Source of the DNA: Clostridia bacterium
GTDB lineage: Bacteria; Bacillota; Clostridia; UMGS1883
Reading direction: 5' to 3'
Assembly (NCBI GenBank): GCA_045596985.1
Contig: JAZODM010000044.1
Location: forward strand, 6,222-70,221
Length of the DNA: 64,000 nucleotides
Positions 17,782 to 27,682 of the stretch are shown here, one piece after another. Every line of letters begins with the position of its first letter. Within the stretch, counting starts at the first letter, position 1. The position numbers were made by a program, and so were the translations under genes. The notes under the pieces were generated by a model, which was not told the DNA's origin, did no database searches, and worked only from the letters and a program-made list of their open reading frames with translations.

Positions 17782-18981
17782 ATGACGCTTAACCAAACAC
17801 CGTCTGCCGAGAGGGTGCATATAGGCTTTTTCGGCGCTACAAACGCAGGAAAATCAAGTCTGGTAAACCGCGTGACGGGGCAGAGTATGTCTTTGGTATC
17901 ACCCGTTTCGGGTACTACAACCGACCCTGTAAAAAAAGCGATGGAGCTTTTGCCGCTGGGGCCGGTTGTTATTGTTGATACGCCCGGTTTTGACGATGAA
18001 AGTGCGCTTGGAAAAATGCGCGTAGAGCGAACAAAAAAGGAATTGCAGACGATTGATGCTGCCGTTTTGGTGTGCGACAGTCAAAAGGGTATCACCAAAA
18101 CGGACGAGGAGCTTATAGAAATATTCAGGCAAAATAAGACGAGCTATATAATTGCCTACAGTAAGGCGGATTTGATAGAAAACCGCACAAAGCTGCGCGA
18201 AAACGAAATATATGTAAGTGCCAAGAGCGGTGAAAATATAGATGCACTGAAGGAGAAGCTTGCCCGTATTATTCCGCACAAATCAAACAAAATGGGAATA
18301 GTGGACAGCTTCGTAAAAAAAGGTGATACAGTAATCTTGGTAACACCGATTGACGAGGCTGCACCAAAGGGCAGAATAATTCTGCCGCAGCAGCAGGTGC
18401 TGAGAAACCTTCTTGATATAGGTGCAATAAGTTGTGTTGTTCAGGTGGAGGAGCTTAGCGCACTGCTTAGTAATTTAAAAACAAAGCCTGCAGCCGTTAT
18501 TACGGACAGTCAGGCATTTGGGGCAGTTTCAAAAATTGTGCCTGAGGAGATTCCCCTGACATCGTTTTCAATCCTTCTTGCAAATTACCGAAGGATGCTT
18601 GATACGGCGGTGGATGGAGTTCTGGCAATAAATGCACTCAAAGACGGTGACAAAATCCTTATTGCCGAAGGGTGCACACATCACAGACAGTGTAACGATA
18701 TAGGCAGTGTGAAAATACCCGCGTGGATAAGAAAGCACACGGGGAAGGAACTAAGTTTTGACGTGGTGTCAGGTCACGAATTTCCTGAAGATCTAAAAGA
18801 ATATTCCCTCATTCTTCATTGCGGAGGATGTATGATAACCGAGCGTGAGGTGGATGTACGCAGACAAAGGGCAGAAAATCAAAATATTCCTTTTACCAAT
18901 TATGGTATTGCGATTGCCTTTATTCACGGCATTTTGAAAAGAAGCGTAGAAGTGTTTCCAGAGCTTTATAAGAAACTTTAA
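17782..18981 (+). CDS. hydF: [FeFe]-hydrogenase maturation GTPase HydF
   Basis: N-terminal GTPase domain (GATNAGKSS, DTPG, SKAD). The C-terminal cluster-binding motif CTHH...HCGGC fits the CxH...HCxxC pattern. Confidence 0.8.
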   Translation: MTLNQTPSAERVHIGFFGATNAGKSSLVNRVTGQSMSLVSPVSGTTTDPVKKAMELLPLGPVVIVDTPGFDDESALGKMRVERTKKELQTIDAAVLVCDSQKGITKTDEELIEIFRQNKTSYIIAYSKADLIENRTKLRENEIYVSAKSGENIDALKEKLARIIPHKSNKMGIVDSFVKKGDTVILVTPIDEAAPKGRIILPQQQVLRNLLDIGAISCVVQVEELSALLSNLKTKPAAVITDSQAFGAVSKIVPEEIPLTSFSILLANYRRMLDTAVDGVLAINALKDGDKILIAEGCTHHRQCNDIGSVKIPAWIRKHTGKELSFDVVSGHEFPEDLKEYSLILHCGGCMITEREVDVRRQRAENQNIPFTNYGIAIAFIHGILKRSVEVFPELYKKL

Positions 18982-18993
18982 TAAATGAAATCG

Positions 18994-19025
18994 GGAGGAG
19001 TTATAAATAACTCCTCCTTTATTTT
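18994..19025 (+). terminator. rho-independent terminator after hydF
   Basis: gggaggagtt-ataaat-aactcctcc followed by tttatttt. Confidence 0.75.
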
Positions 19026-19066
19026 GACACACATTGGGGACTGTCCCCAATGTGTGTCATTTTTTA
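19026..19066 (+). terminator. second terminator; perfect 16-1-16 palindrome containing TTGGGGAC-T-GTCCCCAA
   Basis: gacacacattggggac t gtccccaatgtgtgtc followed by attttttag. Confidence 0.7.
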
Positions 19067-19182
19067 GCATATATATCCTTTTGACGGGTTAAAGATGCTT
19101 TTTTACCTGAAATATATTGCATTTACAGTGAAAAAAGTATATAATTAAAGTGGTATGCTATAATGAGGGAGGGCGGCACAAA

Positions 19183-21375
19183 ATGAGTCATAAGGATTTT
19201 TCAATAGATGATGCATCGGTGATTGATGCGCTTGGTACTTTTGGCGTTCGGGAAGAATCTATTGTTGCCGCTATTGAGTGTGATTTAACGGATACACAAA
19301 TGTATGCCAAAAGCACGATTTGTGCCCTTTCTGATGCAATTTGTGTTCTTGACAGTGAGGGACGGTTTTTTCGCAAAGATTATAAAGATATTGAAGATAT
19401 TTATGCGGAAAATTATGTTTCGTCAGGTACGATTATAATTAAATGTAATGGTGAAGAAATTCCCACAGGGTATTTCACCCTCACCCTTTCGGCAAAGACG
19501 GAAGGATTTATAGCTATTGTAAAAAAACTCCTTTCGGGCGATAAGGCAAACGAAGAAGAAATAAATACACAAATCCGGGCAGATTTCTCCTACATAAACA
19601 AGGGCAGAAAAAAGCTCTTTTTCCGTGTAATGTCATACGTGCCGAGGTATATGCCACAGCTTATCAGTATGATTGCAATAATTATCATAATGACGGCTGT
19701 AAATATGGTGCGCCCCTACATTACGGGAACACTCCTTTATGACGAGGTGCTGACAAAGGGCGGAAAGTATTACGGACAGATTTTACCCTTAGTGGGAATA
19801 CTGGTTGCTATTTCGGCGTTTTCCGTTCTGATGGGTATTTTGCAGGGAAGAATTGGCGCAGATATGTCGGGGAAAATTATCTATGATATAAAGATGGAGG
19901 TTTTTTCCGCTATGCAAAAGCTTGGGATGAGCTTCTTTACATCAAAGCGTACGGGAAACCTGCTTAACAGAGTTAACAGCGATGCACTTGATATTCAGTA
20001 TTTCTTAAATGACGGACTTCCCAATTTTATAATAAACGGACTTACAATATGCTGTGTGGGACTTTATCTTTTTATAGTAAATCCGCTCCTTTCCATTTCG
20101 GTGCTTATTCCCGTACCGATTATAGCACTGATAATAAAGAAATCTGCACGCAAATTCAAAAAACTCAAATGGCACACGTGGAGGCGTTCCTCTGCAATGA
20201 ATACCGTTATAAACGATACCTTTATGGGAATTCGTGTGGTAAAGGCATTCGGCAGGGAAGAGCGTGAGGTAAAACGCTTTTTCGGGGCGAGCAGGGAGCT
20301 TTATGAAAACAGACTTCGTGAAGGTGTTGCCTCGGCAAAGGTGTTCCCGCTTTTAAGCTGGATAATGACACTTGGCGGTCTTGTTGTGTGGGGACTTGGC
20401 GGTGCGCAGGTAGTTCGGGGCGAGCTTACATTTGGTGAGCTTATGAGCTTTACGGGGTACCTTACGCTTTTATACGGACCTGTAAACTTTATGGTAAAAA
20501 TATTTGACTGGTGGACAAGCTGTATGAACAGCGCGCAGAGAATTTTTGAAGTCGTTGACAGAGAAACCGATGTTCCCGAAAGCCCTGATGCACTACACAC
20601 CCAAAGAATGAAGGGTGAGGTTGAGCTTAAAAATGTAAGCTTTTCGTATGAGCCTAATAAGAGTGTTTTAAAGAATGTGTCATTTAAAGTAAATAAAGGT
20701 GAAATGATAGGACTTGTAGGGCACAGCGGTGCAGGAAAAAGCACGATTACCAATATCATTACACGACTTTATGATGTGTTTGACGGCGAGGTTTTGATTG
20801 ACGGAATAAATGTAAAAAATATTGCAAATGAAAGTCTTCATTCAAATATAGGAATGGTATTGCAGGATACATATTTGTTTTCAGGCAGTATTGCACAGAA
20901 CATTGCATACGGAAAACCCGATGCAAGCATTGAGGAAATTATAGATGCTGCAAAGGCGGCGCACGCACACGAATTTATAGTAAATCTTCCCGACGGATAT
21001 GACACACGTCTGGGGAAGGGCGCTGCAGACCTTTCAGGCGGAGAAAAACAGCGAATAAGCATTGCACGTGCAATACTTATGAATCCAGCAATTCTGATAT
21101 TTGACGAAGCGACGTCATCGCTTGATACCGAGACGGAGCAGAAAATTCAGCAGGCGATGCAGTCTCTTGTAAAAGGCAGAACGACAATTGCCATTGCACA
21201 CAGATTTTCAACGCTGAAAAATGCAGACAGACTTGTTGTGGTAGAAAACGGCAGAATAGTTGAAGAAGGAACGCATGAGGAGCTTTTTAATAAAGAAAAC
21301 GGCATATATGCAAATATGGCTCATATGCAACTTAATGCACTAAATTTTGAAGGGGGTGTTGCGGATGGAAAATAA
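19183..21375 (+). CDS. ABC exporter, fused TMD-NBD, with ~150-aa N-terminal cytoplasmic extension
   Basis: Six TM segments followed by Walker A GHSGAGKST, signature LSGGEKQR, and Walker B ILIFDEATS. The first 150 aa have no TM segment. Upstream promoters: TTGCAT-17-TATAAT, plus an extended -10 tgcTATAAT. Confidence 0.85.
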   Translation: MSHKDFSIDDASVIDALGTFGVREESIVAAIECDLTDTQMYAKSTICALSDAICVLDSEGRFFRKDYKDIEDIYAENYVSSGTIIIKCNGEEIPTGYFTLTLSAKTEGFIAIVKKLLSGDKANEEEINTQIRADFSYINKGRKKLFFRVMSYVPRYMPQLISMIAIIIIMTAVNMVRPYITGTLLYDEVLTKGGKYYGQILPLVGILVAISAFSVLMGILQGRIGADMSGKIIYDIKMEVFSAMQKLGMSFFTSKRTGNLLNRVNSDALDIQYFLNDGLPNFIINGLTICCVGLYLFIVNPLLSISVLIPVPIIALIIKKSARKFKKLKWHTWRRSSAMNTVINDTFMGIRVVKAFGREEREVKRFFGASRELYENRLREGVASAKVFPLLSWIMTLGGLVVWGLGGAQVVRGELTFGELMSFTGYLTLLYGPVNFMVKIFDWWTSCMNSAQRIFEVVDRETDVPESPDALHTQRMKGEVELKNVSFSYEPNKSVLKNVSFKVNKGEMIGLVGHSGAGKSTITNIITRLYDVFDGEVLIDGINVKNIANESLHSNIGMVLQDTYLFSGSIAQNIAYGKPDASIEEIIDAAKAAHAHEFIVNLPDGYDTRLGKGAADLSGGEKQRISIARAILMNPAILIFDEATSSLDTETEQKIQQAMQSLVKGRTTIAIAHRFSTLKNADRLVVVENGRIVEEGTHEELFNKENGIYANMAHMQLNALNFEGGVADGK

Positions 21376-21874
21376 GCTTAACTATATAACGCCCAATGAA
21401 ATTTCATTTTATAATTCAGACGGCGGACTTCTGATGGCAAAATACAAGGGTGAGGATATTGGCAGGATAGCTGTTTTAAGAATGTTCCCTCTGCAATACG
21501 CCGAGGAATACCTTTGTGTAAGAGTGCAGAATTATGACCGCTTTGATAAAGAAACGGAAACAGGCATAATAAGAGATTTAAAGGATTTTCCCGAAGATGC
21601 AGTGCGCCTTGTGCGTGCAGAGCTTGAAAGGCGGTATTTTGTCCCCGACATTATAAATGTTAACGAAATAAAGGAGCAGGTCGGGCACATTTTATGGAAG
21701 GTTGCAACAAATAAGGGGGAGAGGGAATTTACCCTCACCGATATGAGCAGTAATATAACTGCTTTAGGCGGCGGTCAGATCTTGCTGACAGATGTATACG
21801 GAAACCGTTACCGCATCCCTGACATATCAAAGCTTGACGATAAAACGATGCAGATTATAGAAATCTGGGTATAG
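21365..21874 (+). CDS. DUF1854 family protein (conserved between paired ABC exporters)
   Basis: ~170 aa. The start overlaps the upstream ABC stop. Its position between two ABC ATPase/permease genes is characteristic of DUF1854. Confidence 0.6.
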   Translation: MENKLNYITPNEISFYNSDGGLLMAKYKGEDIGRIAVLRMFPLQYAEEYLCVRVQNYDRFDKETETGIIRDLKDFPEDAVRLVRAELERRYFVPDIINVNEIKEQVGHILWKVATNKGEREFTLTDMSSNITALGGGQILLTDVYGNRYRIPDISKLDDKTMQIIEIWV

Positions 21875-21976
21875 TATTTAGATTTACGGTGTATCGAAAA
21901 CACCTCATCCGTCAGCATACGCTGACACCTTCCCCACGAGGGGAAGGCTATTTTAAGAGAAAGGAATGAAACACTT

Positions 21977-24238
21977 ATGCCAAAGGGCGTGGATGTAACT
22001 GAATACAGCACTGTTACAGACCGTGTTTTTGGCGGTGAGGAAATAGTGCTTTCAGCTTCCTTTGATATAGGAGAAAACGGAGAATTTAAGGATGGTATCT
22101 TTCTTTTAACCCGCAGTGCAATGTGCGTTATAGAAAACGGCAATGTGGTAAGGGTGGAAAAGCTTTCAGCCGTTTTAAAGGCAGTCTGCGCAGAGTATGT
22201 CGGCGGCGGTATGATAGAGCTTTTTACAAAGACGGGCAGATACCTGCTTCTAAGATTTTCTATGAAATATATAGAAAATTTTACAAGGGCAGCCGATATT
22301 ATAAATGACCTGATAGAAGGGGCTGAGGTTAATAACAGCTATGAAGATGGTGATGACAATACTCTTTGTCCCAAATGCAATGCCCCATATATCCCCGGAA
22401 CACACGTTTGTGCGCACTGTGCGGATAAAAAAGGAATAGCAAAAAGGCTGTGGGCACTTTCAAAGCCGTGCCGTGGACTTTATGCACTGCTGCTTGTGTT
22501 CTTTTGGATATCAGGTATTGGCGCAGTGGCAACGCCGATGCTTTCAAGATGGCTTGTAAATGATGTGCTCAGTGCAAAAAATCCGTCATTTAAAACGCTG
22601 TATATAATTGTTGGTCTTATGCTCCTTTTCAGCGTGATTACGGCAATTGTATCGGCACTGAGGGATGTTGTGTCGTCAAGGGCAAGTAATCTTTTGGTAA
22701 TGGATTTAAGAAACCACATCTATGAAAAGCTGCAGAAGATGCCCCTTAGCTATATTGAAAAGAAAAAAACAGGCGATTTGATGCAGCGTATAAATAACGA
22801 TACGCAAAGAATACAGGCCTTTATTCAGGATATTGCAATAATGGCAGTTAATGAAGTGTTCCTGTTTATTGCAATAGGGGCAGTAACCTTTTATCTTGAT
22901 ACTGTTATGGCGCTTCTGATATTTTTACCGATGCCGCCTGCACTGTGGATGATTGGAAAAATACGCCGTAGTATTCAGCGTCGATACAGAAAGCAGTGGG
23001 GAAAGCTTGATGCTCTTACGAGCAGACTTACAGAGGTAATAAACGCAATTAAGGTTGTAAAGGTTTTCGGCAGAGAAGATGATGAGATAGAGCGTTTTGG
23101 TAAAACTGCCGCATCTGTACGTGACCTTACGTGCAAAAATGAAAAATTCGTATATACAATTTTCCCGATAATAAAATTTATAATGAGCTTTGGCGGCTAT
23201 TTCGTGCTTTTATACGGAGGAAGCAGAGTTATCGGCGGAAATATGAGTGTGGGAGAGCTTGTACAGTTTTCCTCATACGGAAGCTATCTTTACAGTAAGC
23301 TTGAATGGTTCAGTATGCTTCCAAGACATTTTACAATGGCAATTGTAAGCTCCCAAAGAGTTTTTGAGGTACTTGACGAAACCGGGGAGGAAACCTCAGG
23401 CGAAAAAATAAACGCTGATATTTCAGGCGACTTTGATTTTCGGAATGTTTCCTTCGGCTATAAAAGCTACCGCAAGGTTATTAAAAATATAAGCGAGTCT
23501 GTGAAATCGGGCGAAATGATAGGTCTTGTAGGACACAGCGGCGCAGGAAAAAGCACAATGATAAACCTTATTATGCGCCTTTACACACCTGATGACGGAG
23601 AAATTATGCTTGACGGAAAATCACTTGATAAGTATGACGAGCGTAATTATAAAGACATCCTCGGCGTAGTTTTGCAGGAAAATTATCTCTTTGGCGGAAG
23701 TATTCTTGACAATATCAGGTATGCAAAGCCTGACGCAACTATGGAGGAATGTATTCTTGCGGCGAAAAAGGCAAATGCACATGATTTCATAATGAATCTC
23801 CCTGACGGATATAATACATTTGTCGGGGAAAAGGGGCATAAGCTTTCAGGCGGTGAAAAGCAGCGCATAGCAATAGCACGTGCAGTTATTATAAGTCCTG
23901 CAATACTTATTCTTGACGAGGCGACTGCATCTGTTGATACACAGACCGAGGCTAAAATTCAGGAGGCTCTTTCAAGGGCGACAGAGGGAAAAACAGTTTT
24001 TGCAATAGCGCACAGACTTTCAACACTGAAAAATGCAGACAGACTTTTCGTTCTTGAAGAGGGAAGAATAGCGGAAAGCGGCTCCCACGCAGAGCTTTTA
24101 AAGAAAAACGGAATTTATGCATCGCTTTTTAAAGCACAGCAGCGCATGTCGGCAATGAATGTCACAATAGATAACAGTAATTTGAAGGAAGAAAGTATAC
24201 AAGTAGTTGATAACGGAGAGGAGTTTGATGATGAGTAA
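21977..24238 (+). CDS. ABC exporter, fused TMD-NBD, with ~160-aa N-terminal cytoplasmic extension containing a CxxC...CxxC zinc ribbon
   Basis: CPKCNAPYIPGTHVCAHC precedes the TMD. Walker A GHSGAGKST, signature LSGGEKQR, Walker B ILILDEATA. Confidence 0.85.
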   Translation: MPKGVDVTEYSTVTDRVFGGEEIVLSASFDIGENGEFKDGIFLLTRSAMCVIENGNVVRVEKLSAVLKAVCAEYVGGGMIELFTKTGRYLLLRFSMKYIENFTRAADIINDLIEGAEVNNSYEDGDDNTLCPKCNAPYIPGTHVCAHCADKKGIAKRLWALSKPCRGLYALLLVFFWISGIGAVATPMLSRWLVNDVLSAKNPSFKTLYIIVGLMLLFSVITAIVSALRDVVSSRASNLLVMDLRNHIYEKLQKMPLSYIEKKKTGDLMQRINNDTQRIQAFIQDIAIMAVNEVFLFIAIGAVTFYLDTVMALLIFLPMPPALWMIGKIRRSIQRRYRKQWGKLDALTSRLTEVINAIKVVKVFGREDDEIERFGKTAASVRDLTCKNEKFVYTIFPIIKFIMSFGGYFVLLYGGSRVIGGNMSVGELVQFSSYGSYLYSKLEWFSMLPRHFTMAIVSSQRVFEVLDETGEETSGEKINADISGDFDFRNVSFGYKSYRKVIKNISESVKSGEMIGLVGHSGAGKSTMINLIMRLYTPDDGEIMLDGKSLDKYDERNYKDILGVVLQENYLFGGSILDNIRYAKPDATMEECILAAKKANAHDFIMNLPDGYNTFVGEKGHKLSGGEKQRIAIARAVIISPAILILDEATASVDTQTEAKIQEALSRATEGKTVFAIAHRLSTLKNADRLFVLEEGRIAESGSHAELLKKNGIYASLFKAQQRMSAMNVTIDNSNLKEESIQVVDNGEEFDDE

Positions 24239-25115
24239 AATTAAAATTATTACAGACAGCGGCAGTGATATTTCGTGGGAAAGGGCAAAAGAGCTTGGTA
24301 TAAGAATGCTTCCCATTTCGTTTTCCTTTGACGGGGAGACATATTACCGTCAGGGACTGGATATGTCAATTGATGAATATTATGAAAAGCTAAAAGAAAG
24401 CAGCGCTATTCCCAAAACTGCGCAGGCTACCCCCATTGATTATGCGGATGCTTTTAATGAGGAATACGATAACGGCTACGATACGCTGATAGTTGTTACC
24501 ATTTCCTCCAAGGGCAGCGGAATGTATCAGAATGCAGTTTTATCCGCGCGTGAGGTTATGGAGGAGCGCGGCGGTGAAATAATTATTGTTGACTCGCAGG
24601 GATTTTCCTGCCTTTACGGCCCGGCTGTTATTCACGCGGCACATATGCTCGAGGACAAAAAGAGTAAGGAAGAGATAGTAGCATATCTTGAGGATGTATT
24701 TACTACAATGCATTCATATTTCCTTGTAGGCGATCTGGAGCATCTTAAAAAAGGCGGCAGAATTAACACCGCAACGCTTGTGATTGCAAATATGCTTGAT
24801 ATAAAGCCGGTGCTTACCGTTAAGGACGGACTTGTTGTGCAGAAGGATAAGCTTCGCGGAAGTAAGCGTTTGTTAAAAAAACTTACCCAGAATGTGCAGG
24901 ATGACGGATATGACCTTTCGGGAAAGACCGTAATATCGGTATATACTGCCGATAATTCCCAATCGGAGGAGCTGAAGAAGGAGATTGCGGATGCTTTTGA
25001 AGGTGTAAGGTTTATTGATTTTAAGGTCGGCTCTGTTGTTGGCTCACATATCGGGCCAGAGCTTGCAGGTCTGGTATTTTCCGACAAATACGATTTTACT
25101 GATTACGAGGACTGA
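24228..25115 (+). CDS. DegV family fatty-acid-binding protein
   Basis: IKIITDSGSDIS N-terminus and a DegV-type fold, ~295 aa. Confidence 0.85.
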   Translation: MMSKIKIITDSGSDISWERAKELGIRMLPISFSFDGETYYRQGLDMSIDEYYEKLKESSAIPKTAQATPIDYADAFNEEYDNGYDTLIVVTISSKGSGMYQNAVLSAREVMEERGGEIIIVDSQGFSCLYGPAVIHAAHMLEDKKSKEEIVAYLEDVFTTMHSYFLVGDLEHLKKGGRINTATLVIANMLDIKPVLTVKDGLVVQKDKLRGSKRLLKKLTQNVQDDGYDLSGKTVISVYTADNSQSEELKKEIADAFEGVRFIDFKVGSVVGSHIGPELAGLVFSDKYDFTDYED

Positions 25116-25120
25116 GATTT

Positions 25121-25972
25121 ATGTGGATTGCAGATGAATGGAAGGATTATGAATGTATAGACACCGCAAACGGCGAAAAGCTTGAGAGGTGGGGCGATAT
25201 AATTTTGTGCAGACCTGACCCCCAGGTCATATGGGATGAAAAGGCAAATGCCCATATGTGGAAAAAGGCAGATGCGCATTATCACCGTTCTTCAAGCGGC
25301 GGCGGAAAATGGGAATATAAAAAAACTATTCCCGAGCAGTGGACTATAAACTATAAAAATCTGACCTTTAATATAAAACCTATGGGCTTCAAGCATACGG
25401 GACTTTTTCCCGAGCAGGCAGTTAACTGGGATTATATGATGGATAAAATAAGTAAAAGGGGCAACGCCAAGGTGCTAAACCTCTTTGCATATACGGGCGG
25501 TGCGACGGTTGCCTGCGCAAAGGCAGGCGCCGCAGTAACCCATGTTGATGCGTCAAAGGGTATGGTGCAGTGGGCAAAGGAAAACGCGCGTTCAAGCTCT
25601 CTTTCAGATGCACCGATAAGATATCTTGTAGATGATTGTATGAAATTTGTCGAGCGTGAGATAAGGCGTGGCAACCGTTATGATGCTATTATAATGGATC
25701 CGCCCTCTTACGGACGCGGCCCCGGCGGCGAAGTGTGGAAGATTGAGGAGTCAATCTGCGCCTTTGTAAGAAGATGCAGTATGCTTCTTAGTGACAATCC
25801 GCTTTTCTTTATAATAAATTCCTACACCACGGGGCTTGCCCCGACAGTACTTACAAACCTTCTGCAGATGTGTCTGCCCGAAGGAAAGGTGGAGTCAAGT
25901 GAAATAGGACTTAAAATTACAGCCTCATCAATGGTGCTGCCGTGCGGCGCTACCGGAAGATGGGAAAAATAG
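25121..25972 (+). CDS. class I SAM-dependent RNA methyltransferase (RlmI/YccW-like core, no PUA domain)
   Basis: SAM-binding region VLNLFAYTGGATVA and the catalytic DPPSYGRG motif. Confidence 0.6.
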   Translation: MWIADEWKDYECIDTANGEKLERWGDIILCRPDPQVIWDEKANAHMWKKADAHYHRSSSGGGKWEYKKTIPEQWTINYKNLTFNIKPMGFKHTGLFPEQAVNWDYMMDKISKRGNAKVLNLFAYTGGATVACAKAGAAVTHVDASKGMVQWAKENARSSSLSDAPIRYLVDDCMKFVEREIRRGNRYDAIIMDPPSYGRGPGGEVWKIEESICAFVRRCSMLLSDNPLFFIINSYTTGLAPTVLTNLLQMCLPEGKVESSEIGLKITASSMVLPCGATGRWEK

Positions 25973-25987
25973 TGTTGGGATGATTGT

Positions 25988-26827
25988 ATGAGCATAATTG
26001 AAGCAACCGGACTTTCCTTTTCTTATAAAAGCGACGGCAAAGAAAGGATAGTTCTGGACGGACTTAATCTTAATATTGAAAAGGGCAGCTTTACTGCAAT
26101 AATAGGGCATAACGGCAGCGGAAAAAGCACCTTTGCAAAGCACATAAATGCGATACTGCTTCCCGCGGGCGGAAGTATCAGTGTATGCGGTATTGACACA
26201 AAGGACGAGGAAAAGCTCTACGAGCTGCGCAAATCCGCAGGTATGGTTTTCCAAAACCCTGATAACCAGATTGTAGCAACCATTGTCGAGGAGGATGTTG
26301 CATTCGGTCTTGAAAATATCGGCATAGAGTGGGAAGAGATGCATACACGTGTGAAAGATGCGCTGATAGCCGTAAATATGTACGAGCACAGAAAGCGCGC
26401 TCCACACCTGTTATCAGGTGGACAAAAGCAGAGGGTTGCAATTGCAGGAATTCTCGCAATGCAGCCTCAGTGCATTGTCCTTGACGAGCCTACTGCAATG
26501 CTTGACCCAAAGGGCAGGCAGGAGGTTCTTGACACGATTATGTCTTTAAACCGCGAAAAGAATATTACGATAATTCTTATTACGCATTATATGGACGAGG
26601 CGGCAAAGGCTGACAGAGTAATTGTCTTTGACCATGGCAGGGCAGTGCTTGACGGAGCACCGAAAGAGGTTTTTGAAAAAGAGGACACACTGCGCGCCTT
26701 AGGTCTTGACGTGCCGCAATCGTGCGCACTTGCGCACCGCCTGAAAGAGGCAGGAATAGATTTAAGCGTCATAGTCCTCACCCCCGAGGAATGTGCGCAC
26801 GAAATACTAAAGACTAAGGATAAATAA
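25988..26827 (+). CDS. ecfA1: energy-coupling factor transporter ATPase EcfA1
   Basis: Walker A GHNGSGKST, signature LSGGQKQR, Walker B LDEPTAMLD. Confidence 0.9.
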   Translation: MSIIEATGLSFSYKSDGKERIVLDGLNLNIEKGSFTAIIGHNGSGKSTFAKHINAILLPAGGSISVCGIDTKDEEKLYELRKSAGMVFQNPDNQIVATIVEEDVAFGLENIGIEWEEMHTRVKDALIAVNMYEHRKRAPHLLSGGQKQRVAIAGILAMQPQCIVLDEPTAMLDPKGRQEVLDTIMSLNREKNITIILITHYMDEAAKADRVIVFDHGRAVLDGAPKEVFEKEDTLRALGLDVPQSCALAHRLKEAGIDLSVIVLTPEECAHEILKTKDK

Positions 26828-26830
26828 GGT

Positions 26831-27682
26831 ATGATAGAGCTTAAAAATATTTCATATTCATACAGTGCTAACAGCAGTGAAAATGCAGTAGCGCTCAGTA
26901 ATGTGAGTTTAAAGATAAATAAAGGTGAATTTATCGGCATTGCGGGTCATACAGGAAGCGGAAAGACAACGCTTGCCCAGATACTGGCAGGACTTATAAA
27001 CCCGACAGAGGGAACTGTCAGCGTTTTGGGGACAGAAATTTCTGACTATAAGGCGGCAGCGCGCGCCCTGAGAGAGCACGTGGGGATAGTTTTTCAATAT
27101 CCCGAGCATCAGCTTTTTGAAGAAACTGTATACCGCGACATTGCTTTCGGCCCTAAAAACAAAGGACTTTCCCCGCAGGAGGTTGACTGTTGCGTAAGAA
27201 AGAGTGCGGCACTTGTCCACCTTAAAGAGGAGCTTTTTGAAAAATCGCCGTTTGAACTTTCGGGCGGACAGAAAAGGAGAGTTGCAATTGCAGGTGTGCT
27301 TGCAACAGAGCCTAATGTGCTTATCCTTGATGAGCCTGCGGCAGGACTTGACCCCGAAGGCAGGGAAAAGCTCCTGGGTGAATTAAGGCAGATAAAAAAA
27401 GCAGGAAATACCACCATAATACTTATATCACACAGTATGGAGGATTTGGCACAGAATGTTGACAGAATAATCCTGCTTAATAAAGGTACAATTTACAAGG
27501 ATACTGCCCCCGCGGAAATTTTTACCGATGGGAAACTTCTTGAAAAATGCGGTCTTGGGGTGCCGGAGGTAACGAGGATAATAAAGCTGCTTAACGAGGG
27601 CGGAATGAAGATTCCTGAAAATATATTCACAGTAGAGGATGCCTGCCGCGCAATATGTACTGCTTTGGGGGTGGCAAAATGA
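26831..27682 (+). CDS. ecfA2: energy-coupling factor transporter ATPase EcfA2
   Basis: Walker A GHTGSGKTT, signature LSGGQKRR. Second of the tandem ATPases. Confidence 0.9.
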   Translation: MIELKNISYSYSANSSENAVALSNVSLKINKGEFIGIAGHTGSGKTTLAQILAGLINPTEGTVSVLGTEISDYKAAARALREHVGIVFQYPEHQLFEETVYRDIAFGPKNKGLSPQEVDCCVRKSAALVHLKEELFEKSPFELSGGQKRRVAIAGVLATEPNVLILDEPAAGLDPEGREKLLGELRQIKKAGNTTIILISHSMEDLAQNVDRIILLNKGTIYKDTAPAEIFTDGKLLEKCGLGVPEVTRIIKLLNEGGMKIPENIFTVEDACRAICTALGVAK

